IMG/VR virus record: IMGVR_UViG_2703718778_000007
Coordinates: 1 to 38,962 of that record
From: a virus
Taxonomy: Duplodnaviria; Heunggongvirae; Uroviricota; Caudoviricetes
Strand: one strand, 5' to 3'
Length of the DNA: 38,962 bases
Shown: positions 16,783 through 26,769 of the stretch, in pieces
How positions within the stretch are numbered: the first letter of the stretch is position 1
Layout of the letters: every line of letters begins with the position of its first letter
Position numbers and translations under genes: made by a program
The notes under the pieces: model-generated
Databases searched by the model: none
What the model saw: the letters and a program-made list of their open reading frames with translations, nothing else
What the model was told of the DNA's origin: nothing

Positions 16783-17225
16783 ATATCTGTGCAACAGGTA
16801 AGAGCATTCTCCCTTATGGGGCTTGGCTTAAATGCACCGAGTGCTCTTATCGTTGTGGTGAAGCTCAATGGCGAGCTAGCAGATAGGCGACAGTGAAAAT
16901 ACTAGTCATGTAGCTGACCGCCGCGCGTACTGCAATCGGCAGCGCACCGATGGAAGCCGGTTCGATTCCGGCCGCCACAACCCAAACTGAGCCGTAGCCA
17001 CTGGCTATCCTGAATTCATCAGTGATAGTTACGCTGCGGCCTTCTACACATGACCTTCGTGAAAGCGGGTGGCATGAGGTTGCGCTAACAACCTCCTGCC
17101 GTTTTGCCCGTGCATATCGGTCACGAACAAATCTGATTACTAAACACAGTAGCCTGGATTTGTTCTATCAGTAATCGACCTTATTCCTAATTAAATAGAG
17201 CAAATCCCCTTATTGGGGGTAAGAC

Positions 17226-17549
17226 ATGAAGATGCCAGAAAAACATGACCTGTTAGCCGCCATTCTCGCGGCAAAGGAACAAGGCATCGGGGCAATCCTT
17301 GCGTTTGCAATGGCGTACCTTCGCGGCAGATATAATGGCGGTGCGTTTACAAAAACAGTAATCGACGCAACGATGTGCGCCATTATCGCCTGGTTCATTC
17401 GTGACCTTCTCGACTTCGCCGGACTAAGTAGCAATCTCGCTTATATAACGAGCGTGTTTATCGGCTACATCGGTACTGACTCGATTGGTTCGCTTATCAA
17501 ACGCTTCGCTGCTAAAAAAGCCGGAGTAGAAGATGGTGGAAATCAATAA
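17226..17549 (+). CDS. S: Holin S (class I, dual-start MKM: holin/antiholin)
   Basis: [34 protein letters not shown]... matches lambda S. Confidence 0.9.
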   Translation: MKMPEKHDLLAAILAAKEQGIGAILAFAMAYLRGRYNGGAFTKTVIDATMCAIIAWFIRDLLDFAGLSSNLAYITSVFIGYIGTDSIGSLIKRFAAKKAGVEDGGNQ

Positions 17550-18009
17550 TCAACGTAAGGCGTTCCTCGATATGCTGGCGTGGTCGGAGGGAACTGATAA
17601 CGGACGTCAGAAAACCAGAAATCATGGTTATGACGTCATTGTTGGCGGAGAGCTATTCACTGATTACTCCGATCACCCTCGCAAACTTGTCACGCTAAAC
17701 CCAAAACTCAAATCAACAGCCGCCGGACGCTACCAGCTTCTTTCCCGTTGGTGGGATGCCTACCGCAAGCAGCTTGGCCTGAAAGACTTCTCTCCGAAAA
17801 GCCAGGACGCTGTGGCACTGCAACAGATTAAAGAGCGTGGCGCTTTACCGATGATTGACCGCGGTGATATTCGTCAGGCAATCGACCGTTGCAGCAATAT
17901 CTGGGCTTCACTGCCGGGCGCTGGTTATGGTCAGTTCGAGCATAAGACTGACAGCCTGATTGCAAAATTCAAAGAAGCAGGCGGAACGGTCAGAGAGATT
18001 GAGGTATGA
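17533..18009 (+). CDS. R: Endolysin R (lytic transglycosylase)
   Basis: [35 protein letters not shown]... matches lambda R. Confidence 0.9.
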   Translation: MVEINNQRKAFLDMLAWSEGTDNGRQKTRNHGYDVIVGGELFTDYSDHPRKLVTLNPKLKSTAAGRYQLLSRWWDAYRKQLGLKDFSPKSQDAVALQQIKERGALPMIDRGDIRQAIDRCSNIWASLPGAGYGQFEHKTDSLIAKFKEAGGTVREIEV

Positions 18010-18464
18010 ACAGAGTAACCGCGATTATCTCTGCTCTGGTTATCTGCATCATCGTCTGCCTGTCATGGGCTGTTAATCATTACCGTGATAACGCCATCGC
18101 CTACAAAGAGCAGCGCGATAACAAGGCCAGTGAACTGGAGAAGGCGAACGCTACCATCGCTGACATGCGGAAGCGTCAACGTGATGTAGCAGAACTCGAC
18201 GCAAGATACACAAAGGAGCTTGCTGATGCTAACGCGACTATCGAAAGTCTCCGTGCTGATGTTTCTGCTGGGCGTAAGCGCCTGCAAGTCGCCGCCACCT
18301 GTGCAAAGTCAACGACCGGAGCCAGCGGCATGGGCGATGGAGAAAGCCCAAGACTTACAGCAGATGCTGAACTCAATTATTACCGTCTCCGAAGTGGAAT
18401 CGACAGGATAACCGCGCAGGTTAACTACTTGCAGGAATACATCAGGACGCAATGCCTTCGATGA
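18006..18464 (+). CDS. Rz: Spanin Rz (i-spanin)
   Basis: [31 protein letters not shown]... matches lambda Rz N-terminus; coiled-coil. Confidence 0.85.
   Translation: MNRVTAIISALVICIIVCLSWAVNHYRDNAIAYKEQRDNKASELEKANATIADMRKRQRDVAELDARYTKELADANATIESLRADVSAGRKRLQVAATCAKSTTGASGMGDGESPRLTADAELNYYRLRSGIDRITAQVNYLQEYIRTQCLR
18220..18411 (+). CDS. Rz1: Rz1 (o-spanin lipoprotein) embedded in the +1 frame of Rz
   Basis: Lipobox-like LLGVSAC, Pro-rich mature part; nested inside Rz as in lambda. Confidence 0.7.
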   Translation: MLMLTRLSKVSVLMFLLGVSACKSPPPVQSQRPEPAAWAMEKAQDLQQMLNSIITVSEVESTG

Positions 18465-18639
18465 TAGCGATAATTTTACTCATCATCCTTCACATCTGGC
18501 TCTGTAGACAGGGTGGTGATCACTTCTGGAGTGAATCCAGATTAAACATCTCATTGCTGATGCTTGAAGTTGAGCATCTGGCGCGCGGTAAGGGGCTGCG
18601 TTGAGATAAGAGCCAGTTCATTACAAACACCAGGATTTA

Positions 18640-18663
18640 GCCTCGCATTCGCGGGGCTTTTTT
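18640..18663 (+). terminator. Rho-independent terminator after the lysis cassette
   Basis: GCCTCGC-ATTC-GCGGGGC followed by TTTTTT. Confidence 0.5.
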
Positions 18664-18812
18664 GCATCTGAATTTCACAGCGCATCTCACGCGCATATTA
18701 CATCACCCGAGCCTTTCAGAAAGTTGAGCCTGAGAACTGCCGTATATGGTGGCGACCATCTCGGGGCGGCTTTTCTGTGAGACAGGCTCACTTTCTAAAA
18801 GGTAAAGACGCT

Positions 18813-19331
18813 ATGAATCATCAATTGGCTAATCTCGATTTCCGGGACATGGTGGTTGTTTCTGGTGATCGCGTGATCACAACCTCCCGCAAGGTAGCAG
18901 CTTACTTCGACAAGCAGCATCACCACATCATTCAGAAAATCGAAAAGCTAGACTGTTCGGATGAATTTCTAACCAGCAACTTTTCGCGGGTTACCTATGA
19001 ACACAAGGGTAATCAGTATGTTGAATATGAAATTTCCAAAGACGGCGCGATGTACATCATCATGTCGTTTACCGGCAAAAAAGCTGCCGCCATCAAAGAG
19101 GCGTTTATCAAAGCATTTAATTGGATGCGTGACAGGCTGATGGAGATGGCTCACTCATACCAAAGAGAGCACAACGAGTTAATGCTGGAGTTCATGAAGG
19201 AAAAGGATGTTGCCAGTATGTCAGGACGCTTGCTGAACCGCTGGGGCAGGATCAAAAAACCGCAACTCATAGCAAGAATCGAAAGGCTTGAGCAGCAGGC
19301 GCAAATATCGATCCCCGGACTGCCAAAGTGA
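18813..19331 (+). CDS. Rha-family phage regulatory protein
   Basis: ATG at 18813 with RBS AGGTAAAG; Phage_pRha-like N-terminal region. Confidence 0.6.
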   Translation: MNHQLANLDFRDMVVVSGDRVITTSRKVAAYFDKQHHHIIQKIEKLDCSDEFLTSNFSRVTYEHKGNQYVEYEISKDGAMYIIMSFTGKKAAAIKEAFIKAFNWMRDRLMEMAHSYQREHNELMLEFMKEKDVASMSGRLLNRWGRIKKPQLIARIERLEQQAQISIPGLPK

Positions 19332-19614
19332 CCATTCCAAAGCCCATCTACGGGTGGGCTTGATAATGAAACCGTGATTTACATCCCCACAATCCGGGTA
19401 TGTAAAAGATAGTTCAGGCAAGAACAGATTTAACTAAATCTGTGCACCACCAGTTGCGGCAGTACCACGAAACAACCCAAGCCAGTAAGTGGGGAAATAA
19501 CACTGGCAGCCACTGAAAGATGAACATCCTGCCTTATGGCAAAAAAGATTCTTTGTGGTGGCGGACTGATGGAAAGACATCCTAATCAAGCAACCACTCC
19601 ACAGGGTCATAATT

Positions 19615-19971
19615 ATGAACGACCAGCAAATCGAAAAAGAAATCGTTGAGAAAGGCAAAACGGCACCGCGCGTTACGCCCCAATATATCGAAAGCATCAT
19701 TCTTGAAGAGCATTTCTTTACTGCTTATGACGGTATTCGTGCCGCCAATATGGGCGTTGGCGATGCGTGGACAGCGCATAAATCTACAGACCTCCTTACT
19801 TTCTGCGTACTGGTGCTGAAGAATGGCTTCACCGTCACCGGAGAGAGTGCCTGTGCAAGCCCGGAAAACTTTGATGCAGAAATTGGTCGGAAGATTGCCC
19901 GGCAAAATGCTGTAAACAAAATCTGGGTGCTCGAAGGTTACTTGCTGAAGCAGAAGCTAAGCGAACAGTAG
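19615..19971 (+). CDS. Gp49-like conserved phage protein
   Basis: 118 aa; family assignment from memory; flanked by related hairpin repeats. Confidence 0.45.
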   Translation: MNDQQIEKEIVEKGKTAPRVTPQYIESIILEEHFFTAYDGIRAANMGVGDAWTAHKSTDLLTFCVLVLKNGFTVTGESACASPENFDAEIGRKIARQNAVNKIWVLEGYLLKQKLSEQ

Positions 19972-20074
19972 TTATTACAAAAGCCATTCCCTACAGAGTG
20001 GCTTTGATAATGGCTTATACCCTACACGGGATAACTTAACTGATATCCCTTTTAACGGATAAACGGAGCCAACA

Positions 20075-20317
20075 ATGGCAGAGATTATTCCCATGACTGA
20101 AGAACAGAAATTCCAGTTAGAGATTTACAAGCTGGTCATGAACCAGAACGCAGCCGCAGAAGAAGCATTTCAATTCATTGGCACTGACGAGCTGAAGCTT
20201 GAGCTATTCAAAATTCACTTCCAGTCAGGCGGCGCTAATTCAGATATCACGACCCGCACTATCGAAGCGGTGCGTAAATCGAAGGAAGCGTTAGACCTGT
20301 TCACCACCGGAGCATAA
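20075..20317 (+). CDS. Hypothetical small phage protein (80 aa)
   Basis: ORF with RBS AACGGAG upstream. Confidence 0.45.
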   Translation: MAEIIPMTEEQKFQLEIYKLVMNQNAAAEEAFQFIGTDELKLELFKIHFQSGGANSDITTRTIEAVRKSKEALDLFTTGA

Positions 20318-20396
20318 ACATGGCAACTCAAGGTTTCGACAACCCATCCAAATTCCGCGATGAATGGGATAAGCAAGCAGAAGGGAAATAATCAAT

Positions 20397-20822
20397 ATGG
20401 CGACTGAGAAAAAGAATGTCGGTCGCCCTTCGGATTACCTGCCGGAGGTGGCTGATGATATCTGTGCGCTGCTTGCCTCCGGGGAAAGTCTGGTTAAGGT
20501 TTGCAAGCGCCCCGGCATGCCAGCAAAGGCTACTGTATTTCGCTGGCTGTCAGAGCATGACGAATTTAGAGACAAGTACGCGAAGGCAACTGAGGCACGA
20601 GCTGATTCTATTTTCGAAGAGATATTCGAAATTGCTGACACTGCGATTCCAGATGCTGCTGAGGTGGCAAAGGCAAGACTTCGCGTTGATACCCGCAAAT
20701 GGGCGCTGGCCCGAATGAATCCCCGTAAGTATGGCGACAAGGTAACTAACGAGCTTGTCGGCAAAGACGGCGGCGCAATCCAGATTGAAACATCACCGAT
20801 GAGCACTCTATTCGGAAAATGA
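20397..20822 (+). CDS. Terminase small subunit
   Basis: 141 aa, N-terminal HTH-like MATEKKNVGRPSDY; immediately upstream of and overlapping the large terminase start. Confidence 0.7.
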   Translation: MATEKKNVGRPSDYLPEVADDICALLASGESLVKVCKRPGMPAKATVFRWLSEHDEFRDKYAKATEARADSIFEEIFEIADTAIPDAAEVAKARLRVDTRKWALARMNPRKYGDKVTNELVGKDGGAIQIETSPMSTLFGK

Positions 20823-22231
20823 CCTCGATTAATCCTATCTTTGAACCGTTCATTGAGGCGCATCGCTACAAAGTTGCCAAAGGCGGTCGAGGTAGCGGTA
20901 AATCATGGGCAATTGCGAGGCTGCTTGTTGAAGCGGCGCGTCGGCAGCCTGTGCGTATTCTCTGCGCGCGTGAACTGCAAAACAGTATCAGCGATTCGGT
21001 AATCCGGTTGCTTGAAGATACCATCGAGCGTGAAGGGTATTCGGCTGAGTTTGAAATTCAGCGTTCAATGATTCGTCATCTCGGAACGAATGCTGAATTC
21101 ATGTTCTACGGCATCAAAAACAACCCGACGAAGATTAAATCGCTCGAAGGTATTGATATCTGCTGGGTGGAAGAAGCGGAGGCGGTAACGAAGGAATCAT
21201 GGGATATCCTGATACCAACCATCCGTAAGCCGTTCTCTGAAATATGGGTGAGCTTTAACCCGAAGAACATCCTCGACGATACCTATCAGCGATTCGTCGT
21301 AAATCCTCCCGATGATATTTGTCTGCTGACGGTGAACTACACCGACAATCCGCACTTTCCTGAAGTTCTCCGTCTGGAGATGGAAGAGTGTAAACGCAGA
21401 AATCCGACCCTGTATCGTCACATCTGGCTTGGTGAGCCAGTGAGCGCAAGTGATATGGCAATCATCAAACGTGAATGGCTTGAAGCCGCAACCGATGCGC
21501 ACAAGAAACTCGGATGGAAAGCGAAAGGCGCGGTTGTTTCTGCTCATGACCCGTCAGATACAGGGCCGGATGCTAAAGGTTATGCATCGCGTCACGGTTC
21601 GGTAGTTAAGCGCATTGCCGAAGGTCTGCTGATGGACATCAACGAGGGGGCTGACTGGGCTACTTCGCTGGCGATTGAAGACGGTGCTGACCACTACTTG
21701 TGGGATGGTGATGGTGTCGGTGCAGGGCTACGCAGACAGACAACGGAAGCGTTCTCCGGCAAGAAAATCACCGCTACGATGTTCAAGGGCAGCGAATCGC
21801 CATTTGATGAAGATGCACCATATCAGGCCGGAGCATGGGCTGATGAAGTCGTGCAGGGCGACAACGTTCGCACTATTGGCGATGTATTCCGCAATAAGCG
21901 AGCGCAATTCTATTACGCGCTAGCTGACAGGCTGTATCTGACATATCGGGCGGTTGTCCACGGTGAGTATGCAGACCCCGACGACATGCTGAGTTTCGAC
22001 AAAGAAGCGATAGGCGAGAAGATGCTGGAGAAGCTGTTTGCAGAACTGACGCAGATTCAGCGCAAATTCAATAACAACGGGAAGCTGGAGCTTATGACTA
22101 AGGTCGAAATGAAGCAGAAGCTCGGTATTCCATCTCCTAACCTGGCTGATGCGCTGATGATGTGTATGCATTGCCCGGCATTGGTCCGCGAAGAAACAGA
22201 AATATACGTTCCCTCATCCTCCAGTTGGTAA
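20819..22231 (+). CDS. Terminase large subunit (ATPase + nuclease)
   Basis: 470 aa; Walker A KGGRGSGKS; length matches Sf6-type TerL. Confidence 0.9.
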   Translation: MTSINPIFEPFIEAHRYKVAKGGRGSGKSWAIARLLVEAARRQPVRILCARELQNSISDSVIRLLEDTIEREGYSAEFEIQRSMIRHLGTNAEFMFYGIKNNPTKIKSLEGIDICWVEEAEAVTKESWDILIPTIRKPFSEIWVSFNPKNILDDTYQRFVVNPPDDICLLTVNYTDNPHFPEVLRLEMEECKRRNPTLYRHIWLGEPVSASDMAIIKREWLEAATDAHKKLGWKAKGAVVSAHDPSDTGPDAKGYASRHGSVVKRIAEGLLMDINEGADWATSLAIEDGADHYLWDGDGVGAGLRRQTTEAFSGKKITATMFKGSESPFDEDAPYQAGAWADEVVQGDNVRTIGDVFRNKRAQFYYALADRLYLTYRAVVHGEYADPDDMLSFDKEAIGEKMLEKLFAELTQIQRKFNNNGKLELMTKVEMKQKLGIPSPNLADALMMCMHCPALVREETEIYVPSSSSW

Positions 22232-22233
22232 AC

Positions 22234-24360
22234 ATGGCAGAGACATTAGAGAAAAAACATGAGCGGATCATGCTCAGGTTTGACCGCGCCTATTCTCCAC
22301 AGAAGGAAGTGCGCGAAAAGTGCATTGAAGCTACGAGGTTTGCTCGTGTCCCCGGAGGTCAATGGGAAGGAGCAACGGCGGCTGGAACTAAGCTTGATGA
22401 GCAGTTCGAGAAGTATCCTAAGTTTGAAATCAATAAGGTAGCAACTGAACTTAACCGCATCATTGCAGAATACCGCAATAACAGAATAACCGTTAAGTTT
22501 CGTCCTGGTGACAGAGAGGCAAGCGAAGAGTTAGCCAATAAATTAAATGGTCTGTTCCGTGCTGACTACGAAGAAACTGATGGCGGTGAGGCTTGCGATA
22601 ATGCATTTGACGACGCTGCTACTGGTGGTTTCGGTTGCTTCCGTTTGACGTCTATGCTGGTCAATGAATACGACCCCATGGACGATCGTCAGCGCATTGC
22701 TATTGAACCAATATACGACCCGTCGCGCTCTGTGTGGTTTGACCCTGACGCTAAGAAGTACGACAAATCTGACGCGTTGTGGGCGTTCTGCATGTATTCG
22801 TTGTCACCTGAAAAATATGAGGCTGAATACGGAAAGAAACCTCCTGCTTCTCTGGATGTAACGTCTATGACCAGTTGGGAATATGACTGGTTTGATGAAG
22901 ATGTTATTTACATAGCGAAGTATTACGAAGTTCGTAAAGAGTCTGTTGACGTCATCAGTTATCGACATCCAATCACTGGAGAGATTGCAACATACGACAG
23001 TGATCAGGTTGAAGATATTGAAGATGAACTGGCAATAGCTGGATTTCAGGAAGTGGCAAGGCGCTCAGTGAAGCGCCGTCGTGTGTATGTATCCGTAGTG
23101 GATGGTGATGGTTTCCTTGAGAAACCTCGACGTATTCCTGGTGAGCATATCCCCCTCATTCCGGTTTATGGAAAACGCTGGTTCATTGATGACATTGAGC
23201 GTGTCGAAGGGCACATTGCAAAAGCAATGGATCCACAGCGTTTGTACAACGTTCAGGTTTCAATGCTGGCTGATACTGCAACGCAAGACCCCGGTCAGAT
23301 CCCTATAGTTGGCATGGAGCAAATTCGTGGACTTGAGAAGCACTGGGAGGCTCGCAACAAGAAACGACCAGCGTTCTTGCCGTTGCGCGAAGTGAGAGAT
23401 AAATATGGCAACATCATCGCTGGAGCTACCCCGGCAGGATATACACAGCCTGCGGTTATGAATCAGGCATTGGCTGTATTACTACAGCAAACCAGTGCTG
23501 ATATTCAGGAGGTTACAGGCGGCAGTCAGGCCATGCAGCAGATGCCAAGTAATATTGCTCAGGAAACGGTTAACAACTTGATGAACAGAGCAGATATGGC
23601 TTCGTTTATCTATCTGGACAATATGGCGAAAAGTCTTAAACGCGCTGGTGAAGTATGGCTGTCAATGGCGCGTGAAGTGTACGGTTCAGAACGTGAAGTG
23701 CGCATCGTTAACGAAGATGGAAGTGATGATATCGCTGTCCTGAGCGCACAGGTTGTTGACAGGCAAACAGGGGCTGTTGTTGCGTTAAATGACCTTTCTG
23801 TCGGTCGATACGATGTGAAAGTTGATGTTGGACCAGGCTACACAGCACGACGTGATGCAACGGTTTCTGTACTGACAAATGTCCTTAGCTCTATGCTTCC
23901 AACGGACCCAATGCGCCCGGCAATTCAGGGTATTATTCTGGACAATATCGATGGCGAAGGCCTTGATGACTTCAAAGAGTACAACCGAAACCAACTGCTG
24001 ATATCTGGTATTGCAAAACCACGCAATGAGAAAGAGCAGCAGATTGTTCAACAGGCGCAAATGGCAGCACAAAGCCAGCCAAATCCTGAAATGGTTCTCG
24101 CTCAGGCGCAAATGGTAGCAGCGCAGGCAGAAGCGCAAAAAGCAACTAACGAAACTGCTCAAACTCAAATCAAAGCATTTACTGCCCAGCAGGATGCGAT
24201 GGAGAGTCAGGCAAACACTGTCTATAAATTGGCTCAAGCCAGAAACATCGATGACAAAGCAGTGATGGAGGCAATACGCCTTCTGAAAGATGTCGCCGAG
24301 TCACAACAACAGCAATTCCAGTCACCACCACAGTCACCGGCAGACTTAATGCCGAGTTAA
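22234..24360 (+). CDS. Portal protein
   Basis: ATG at 22234 (MAETLEKKHERIM) 3 nt after the TerL stop; about 708 aa, Gln-rich C-terminal barrel region as in P22/Sf6 portals. Confidence 0.85.
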   Translation: MAETLEKKHERIMLRFDRAYSPQKEVREKCIEATRFARVPGGQWEGATAAGTKLDEQFEKYPKFEINKVATELNRIIAEYRNNRITVKFRPGDREASEELANKLNGLFRADYEETDGGEACDNAFDDAATGGFGCFRLTSMLVNEYDPMDDRQRIAIEPIYDPSRSVWFDPDAKKYDKSDALWAFCMYSLSPEKYEAEYGKKPPASLDVTSMTSWEYDWFDEDVIYIAKYYEVRKESVDVISYRHPITGEIATYDSDQVEDIEDELAIAGFQEVARRSVKRRRVYVSVVDGDGFLEKPRRIPGEHIPLIPVYGKRWFIDDIERVEGHIAKAMDPQRLYNVQVSMLADTATQDPGQIPIVGMEQIRGLEKHWEARNKKRPAFLPLREVRDKYGNIIAGATPAGYTQPAVMNQALAVLLQQTSADIQEVTGGSQAMQQMPSNIAQETVNNLMNRADMASFIYLDNMAKSLKRAGEVWLSMAREVYGSEREVRIVNEDGSDDIAVLSAQVVDRQTGAVVALNDLSVGRYDVKVDVGPGYTARRDATVSVLTNVLSSMLPTDPMRPAIQGIILDNIDGEGLDDFKEYNRNQLLISGIAKPRNEKEQQIVQQAQMAAQSQPNPEMVLAQAQMVAAQAEAQKATNETAQTQIKAFTAQQDAMESQANTVYKLAQARNIDDKAVMEAIRLLKDVAESQQQQFQSPPQSPADLMPS

Positions 24361-24373
24361 CCAGGAGTAATCA

Positions 24374-25258
24374 ATGGAAAACGAACTGATCATCGACGGT
24401 CAGGTTATTGACCTGTCTGAAACACAGGAAAATGCAGAAGAAACCATCATCCAAACAGAGTCACAGCCTGAAAATGAAAGCCAGGATGACAACGGTAAAG
24501 AGGTGGCAACTGAGCCTGAAAAAACCGAAGAGACACCAGAAGATTACGCCTTGCGTATTGGTGATGAAGAAATTCAGCTTAACGCTGACGATGATGATCA
24601 CATTGACGGGCAACCTGCACCGCAATGGGTAAAAGATCTTCGCAAAGGCTTCAAAGAAACACAGAAAGAAAACCGTGAGTTGCGCCGCCAGCTTGAGGAA
24701 GCATTAGCCAAGCCTGCGGAACATCAGCAACCACAACCAGACGCTATTCCACCAAAACCGACTCTTGAGTCGTGTGATTATGACGAACAGGCGTTTGAAC
24801 AGGCATTGACTGATTGGCATGAGAAAAAAGGCCGTGTCGAACAGCAGCAGCAACAAAAACTACGTCAGCAACAGGAATACCAGCAGCGTTTCCAGCAAAG
24901 GGTAGAAGCGCATAAACAACGGGCAGCCAAACTTCCTGTGAAAGATTATCAGGAAATGGAAGCCATTGTTCTTAGTGAGCTACCACCAATTCAGCAGGAA
25001 ATCATCATTCACTGTGCAGACGAAGGCTCTGAACTACTCGCCTATGGCTTAGGTAAGAGCCAGCAATTACGCCAGCGTGTAGCCGCTGAGACAGATCCAA
25101 TTCGCGCAGCATTCCTCTTGGGGCAGATTAGCAAACAGGTAAGCCTTGCTCCAAAACCAAAGAAAGCCATCAAGCCAGAGCCGGAAGTACGTGGTGGCGG
25201 TGCTGATGCGAAACAAGACGAATTCAACAAATTATGCCCCGGCGCAAAAATCGAATAA
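24374..25258 (+). CDS. Scaffolding protein
   Basis: 294 aa, acidic N-terminus, Gln-rich coiled-coil; between portal and coat. Confidence 0.7.
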   Translation: MENELIIDGQVIDLSETQENAEETIIQTESQPENESQDDNGKEVATEPEKTEETPEDYALRIGDEEIQLNADDDDHIDGQPAPQWVKDLRKGFKETQKENRELRRQLEEALAKPAEHQQPQPDAIPPKPTLESCDYDEQAFEQALTDWHEKKGRVEQQQQQKLRQQQEYQQRFQQRVEAHKQRAAKLPVKDYQEMEAIVLSELPPIQQEIIIHCADEGSELLAYGLGKSQQLRQRVAAETDPIRAAFLLGQISKQVSLAPKPKKAIKPEPEVRGGGADAKQDEFNKLCPGAKIE

Positions 25259-25269
25259 GGAAAAGATAA

Positions 25270-26541
25270 ATGCCTAACAATCTCGATAGTAACGTCAGTC
25301 AAATCGTTCTGAAAAAATTCCTTCCGGGTTTTATGTCAGATTTAGTTCTGGCGAAAACCGTAGACCGTCAGTTGCTGGCAGGTGAAATCAACTCCAGCAC
25401 TGGCGATAGCGTTAGCTTTAAACGTCCGCATCAATTCTCATCCCTCCGTACTCCCACTGGTGATATTTCAGGGCAAAATAAAAACAACCTGATCTCAGGT
25501 AAAGCTACGGGGCGTGTAGGTAACTACATCACTGTTGCTGTTGAATATCAGCAACTGGAGGAAGCGATCAAGCTTAACCAACTGGAAGAAATTCTCGCGC
25601 CGGTTCGCCAGCGAATCGTTACCGACCTTGAAACAGAGCTTGCTCACTTCATGATGAATAACGGTGCGTTGTCACTTGGTAGCCCCAATACTCCAATCAC
25701 CAAATGGTCTGATGTTGCGCAGACGGCATCTTTCCTGAAAGACCTCGGCGTTAATGAAGGTGAAAACTATGCTGTAATGGATCCATGGTCTGCACAGCGA
25801 CTTGCTGATGCGCAGACTGGTTTGCACGCTTCAGATCAATTGGTTCGTACTGCATGGGAGAATGCACAGATCCCAACCAATTTTGGCGGCATTCGCGCAC
25901 TGATGTCTAATGGGCTTGCCTCTCGTACGCAGGGGGCATTTGGCGGAACACTGACAGTCAAAACACAGCCAACTGTTACCTATAACGCAGTTAAAGACTC
26001 ATACCAGTTCACTGTAACATTGACCGGAGCGACAACCAGCGTTACAGGTTTCCTGAAAGCTGGTGATCAGGTTAAATTCACCAATACCTACTGGCTGCAA
26101 CAGCAGACCAAACAGGCGTTGTATAACGGAGCCACACCAATTAGCTTCACTGCAACGGTTACTGCTGATGCTAATTCAGACAGCAGTGGCGATGTGACGG
26201 TTACGCTTTCTGGTGTTCCGATTTATGACACTACAAACCCGCAGTACAACTCTGTAAGTCGTCAGGTAGCGGCAGGCGATGCCGTATCTGTAGTAGGCAC
26301 TGCTAGCCAGACAATGAAGCCAAACCTGTTCTATAACAAGTTCTTCTGTGGACTTGGCTCTATCCCACTGCCGAAACTGCACAGTATTGATTCTGCTGTT
26401 GCCACATATGAAGGTTTCTCCATCCGCGTACATAAATACGCAGATGGCGATGCCAACGTGCAAAAAATGCGCTTTGACTTACTGCCTGCATATGTGTGCT
26501 TTAACCCTCACATGGGCGGTCAGTTCTTCGGTAATCCGTAA
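25270..26541 (+). CDS. Major capsid (coat) protein
   Basis: 423 aa, size and position match Sf6/P22-type coat protein. Confidence 0.8.
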   Translation: MPNNLDSNVSQIVLKKFLPGFMSDLVLAKTVDRQLLAGEINSSTGDSVSFKRPHQFSSLRTPTGDISGQNKNNLISGKATGRVGNYITVAVEYQQLEEAIKLNQLEEILAPVRQRIVTDLETELAHFMMNNGALSLGSPNTPITKWSDVAQTASFLKDLGVNEGENYAVMDPWSAQRLADAQTGLHASDQLVRTAWENAQIPTNFGGIRALMSNGLASRTQGAFGGTLTVKTQPTVTYNAVKDSYQFTVTLTGATTSVTGFLKAGDQVKFTNTYWLQQQTKQALYNGATPISFTATVTADANSDSSGDVTVTLSGVPIYDTTNPQYNSVSRQVAAGDAVSVVGTASQTMKPNLFYNKFFCGLGSIPLPKLHSIDSAVATYEGFSIRVHKYADGDANVQKMRFDLLPAYVCFNPHMGGQFFGNP

Positions 26542-26545
26542 TAAC

Positions 26546-26570
26546 AAGGGGCTTACGCCCCTTTTATGTT
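26546..26570 (+). terminator. Rho-independent terminator/attenuator after the coat gene
   Basis: AAGGGGC-TTAC-GCCCCTT followed by T-rich tract. Confidence 0.6.
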
Positions 26571-26583
26571 TTAAGGAAACAAT

Positions 26584-26769
26584 ATGGATCGCATGAGTGT
26601 ATTCCTTGCCGCAGATAACGAATCCGGGCATGTACAGGCCGTTATCGCAGAAAAAGACTTCCAGTTTTTCGAAAAGTTGGGCTTTGTTGCCTCAGTTGAT
26701 GAATTGAAACCGACCAGTAAGCGAGGTCGTAAGGCGGCAGACAATGGCGACAGTACTGACAAAGGGTGA
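26584..26769 (+). CDS. Small hypothetical virion-module protein (61 aa)
   Basis: ORF with RBS AAGGAAAC; overlaps the start of the gp4-like gene. Confidence 0.4.
   Translation: MDRMSVFLAADNESGHVQAVIAEKDFQFFEKLGFVASVDELKPTSKRGRKAADNGDSTDKG

Noticed and set aside
16665-16868. 67-aa minus-strand ORF across the 6S/tR' region
   Set aside because: Lies antisense within the late leader RNA and terminator; no RBS.
16935-16983. Complete tRNA gene
   Set aside because: Only T-arm and a possible anticodon arm can be folded; no complementary 5' acceptor strand or D-arm, and position 33 is not U. Kept only as a possible pseudo-tRNA finding.
18461-18604. 47-aa hydrophobic ORF starting inside the Rz stop codon
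   Set aside because: No recognisable RBS beyond the overlap, low complexity (Ile/Leu run); could be real but evidence is insufficient.
20320-20391. 23-aa mini-ORF between the 80-aa ORF and the small terminase gene
   Set aside because: Too short, overlaps the terminase RBS region; probably non-coding.
23785-24237. 150-aa minus-strand ORF inside the portal gene
   Set aside because: Antisense shadow ORF within a long conserved structural gene; Cys/Leu-rich low-complexity sequence.
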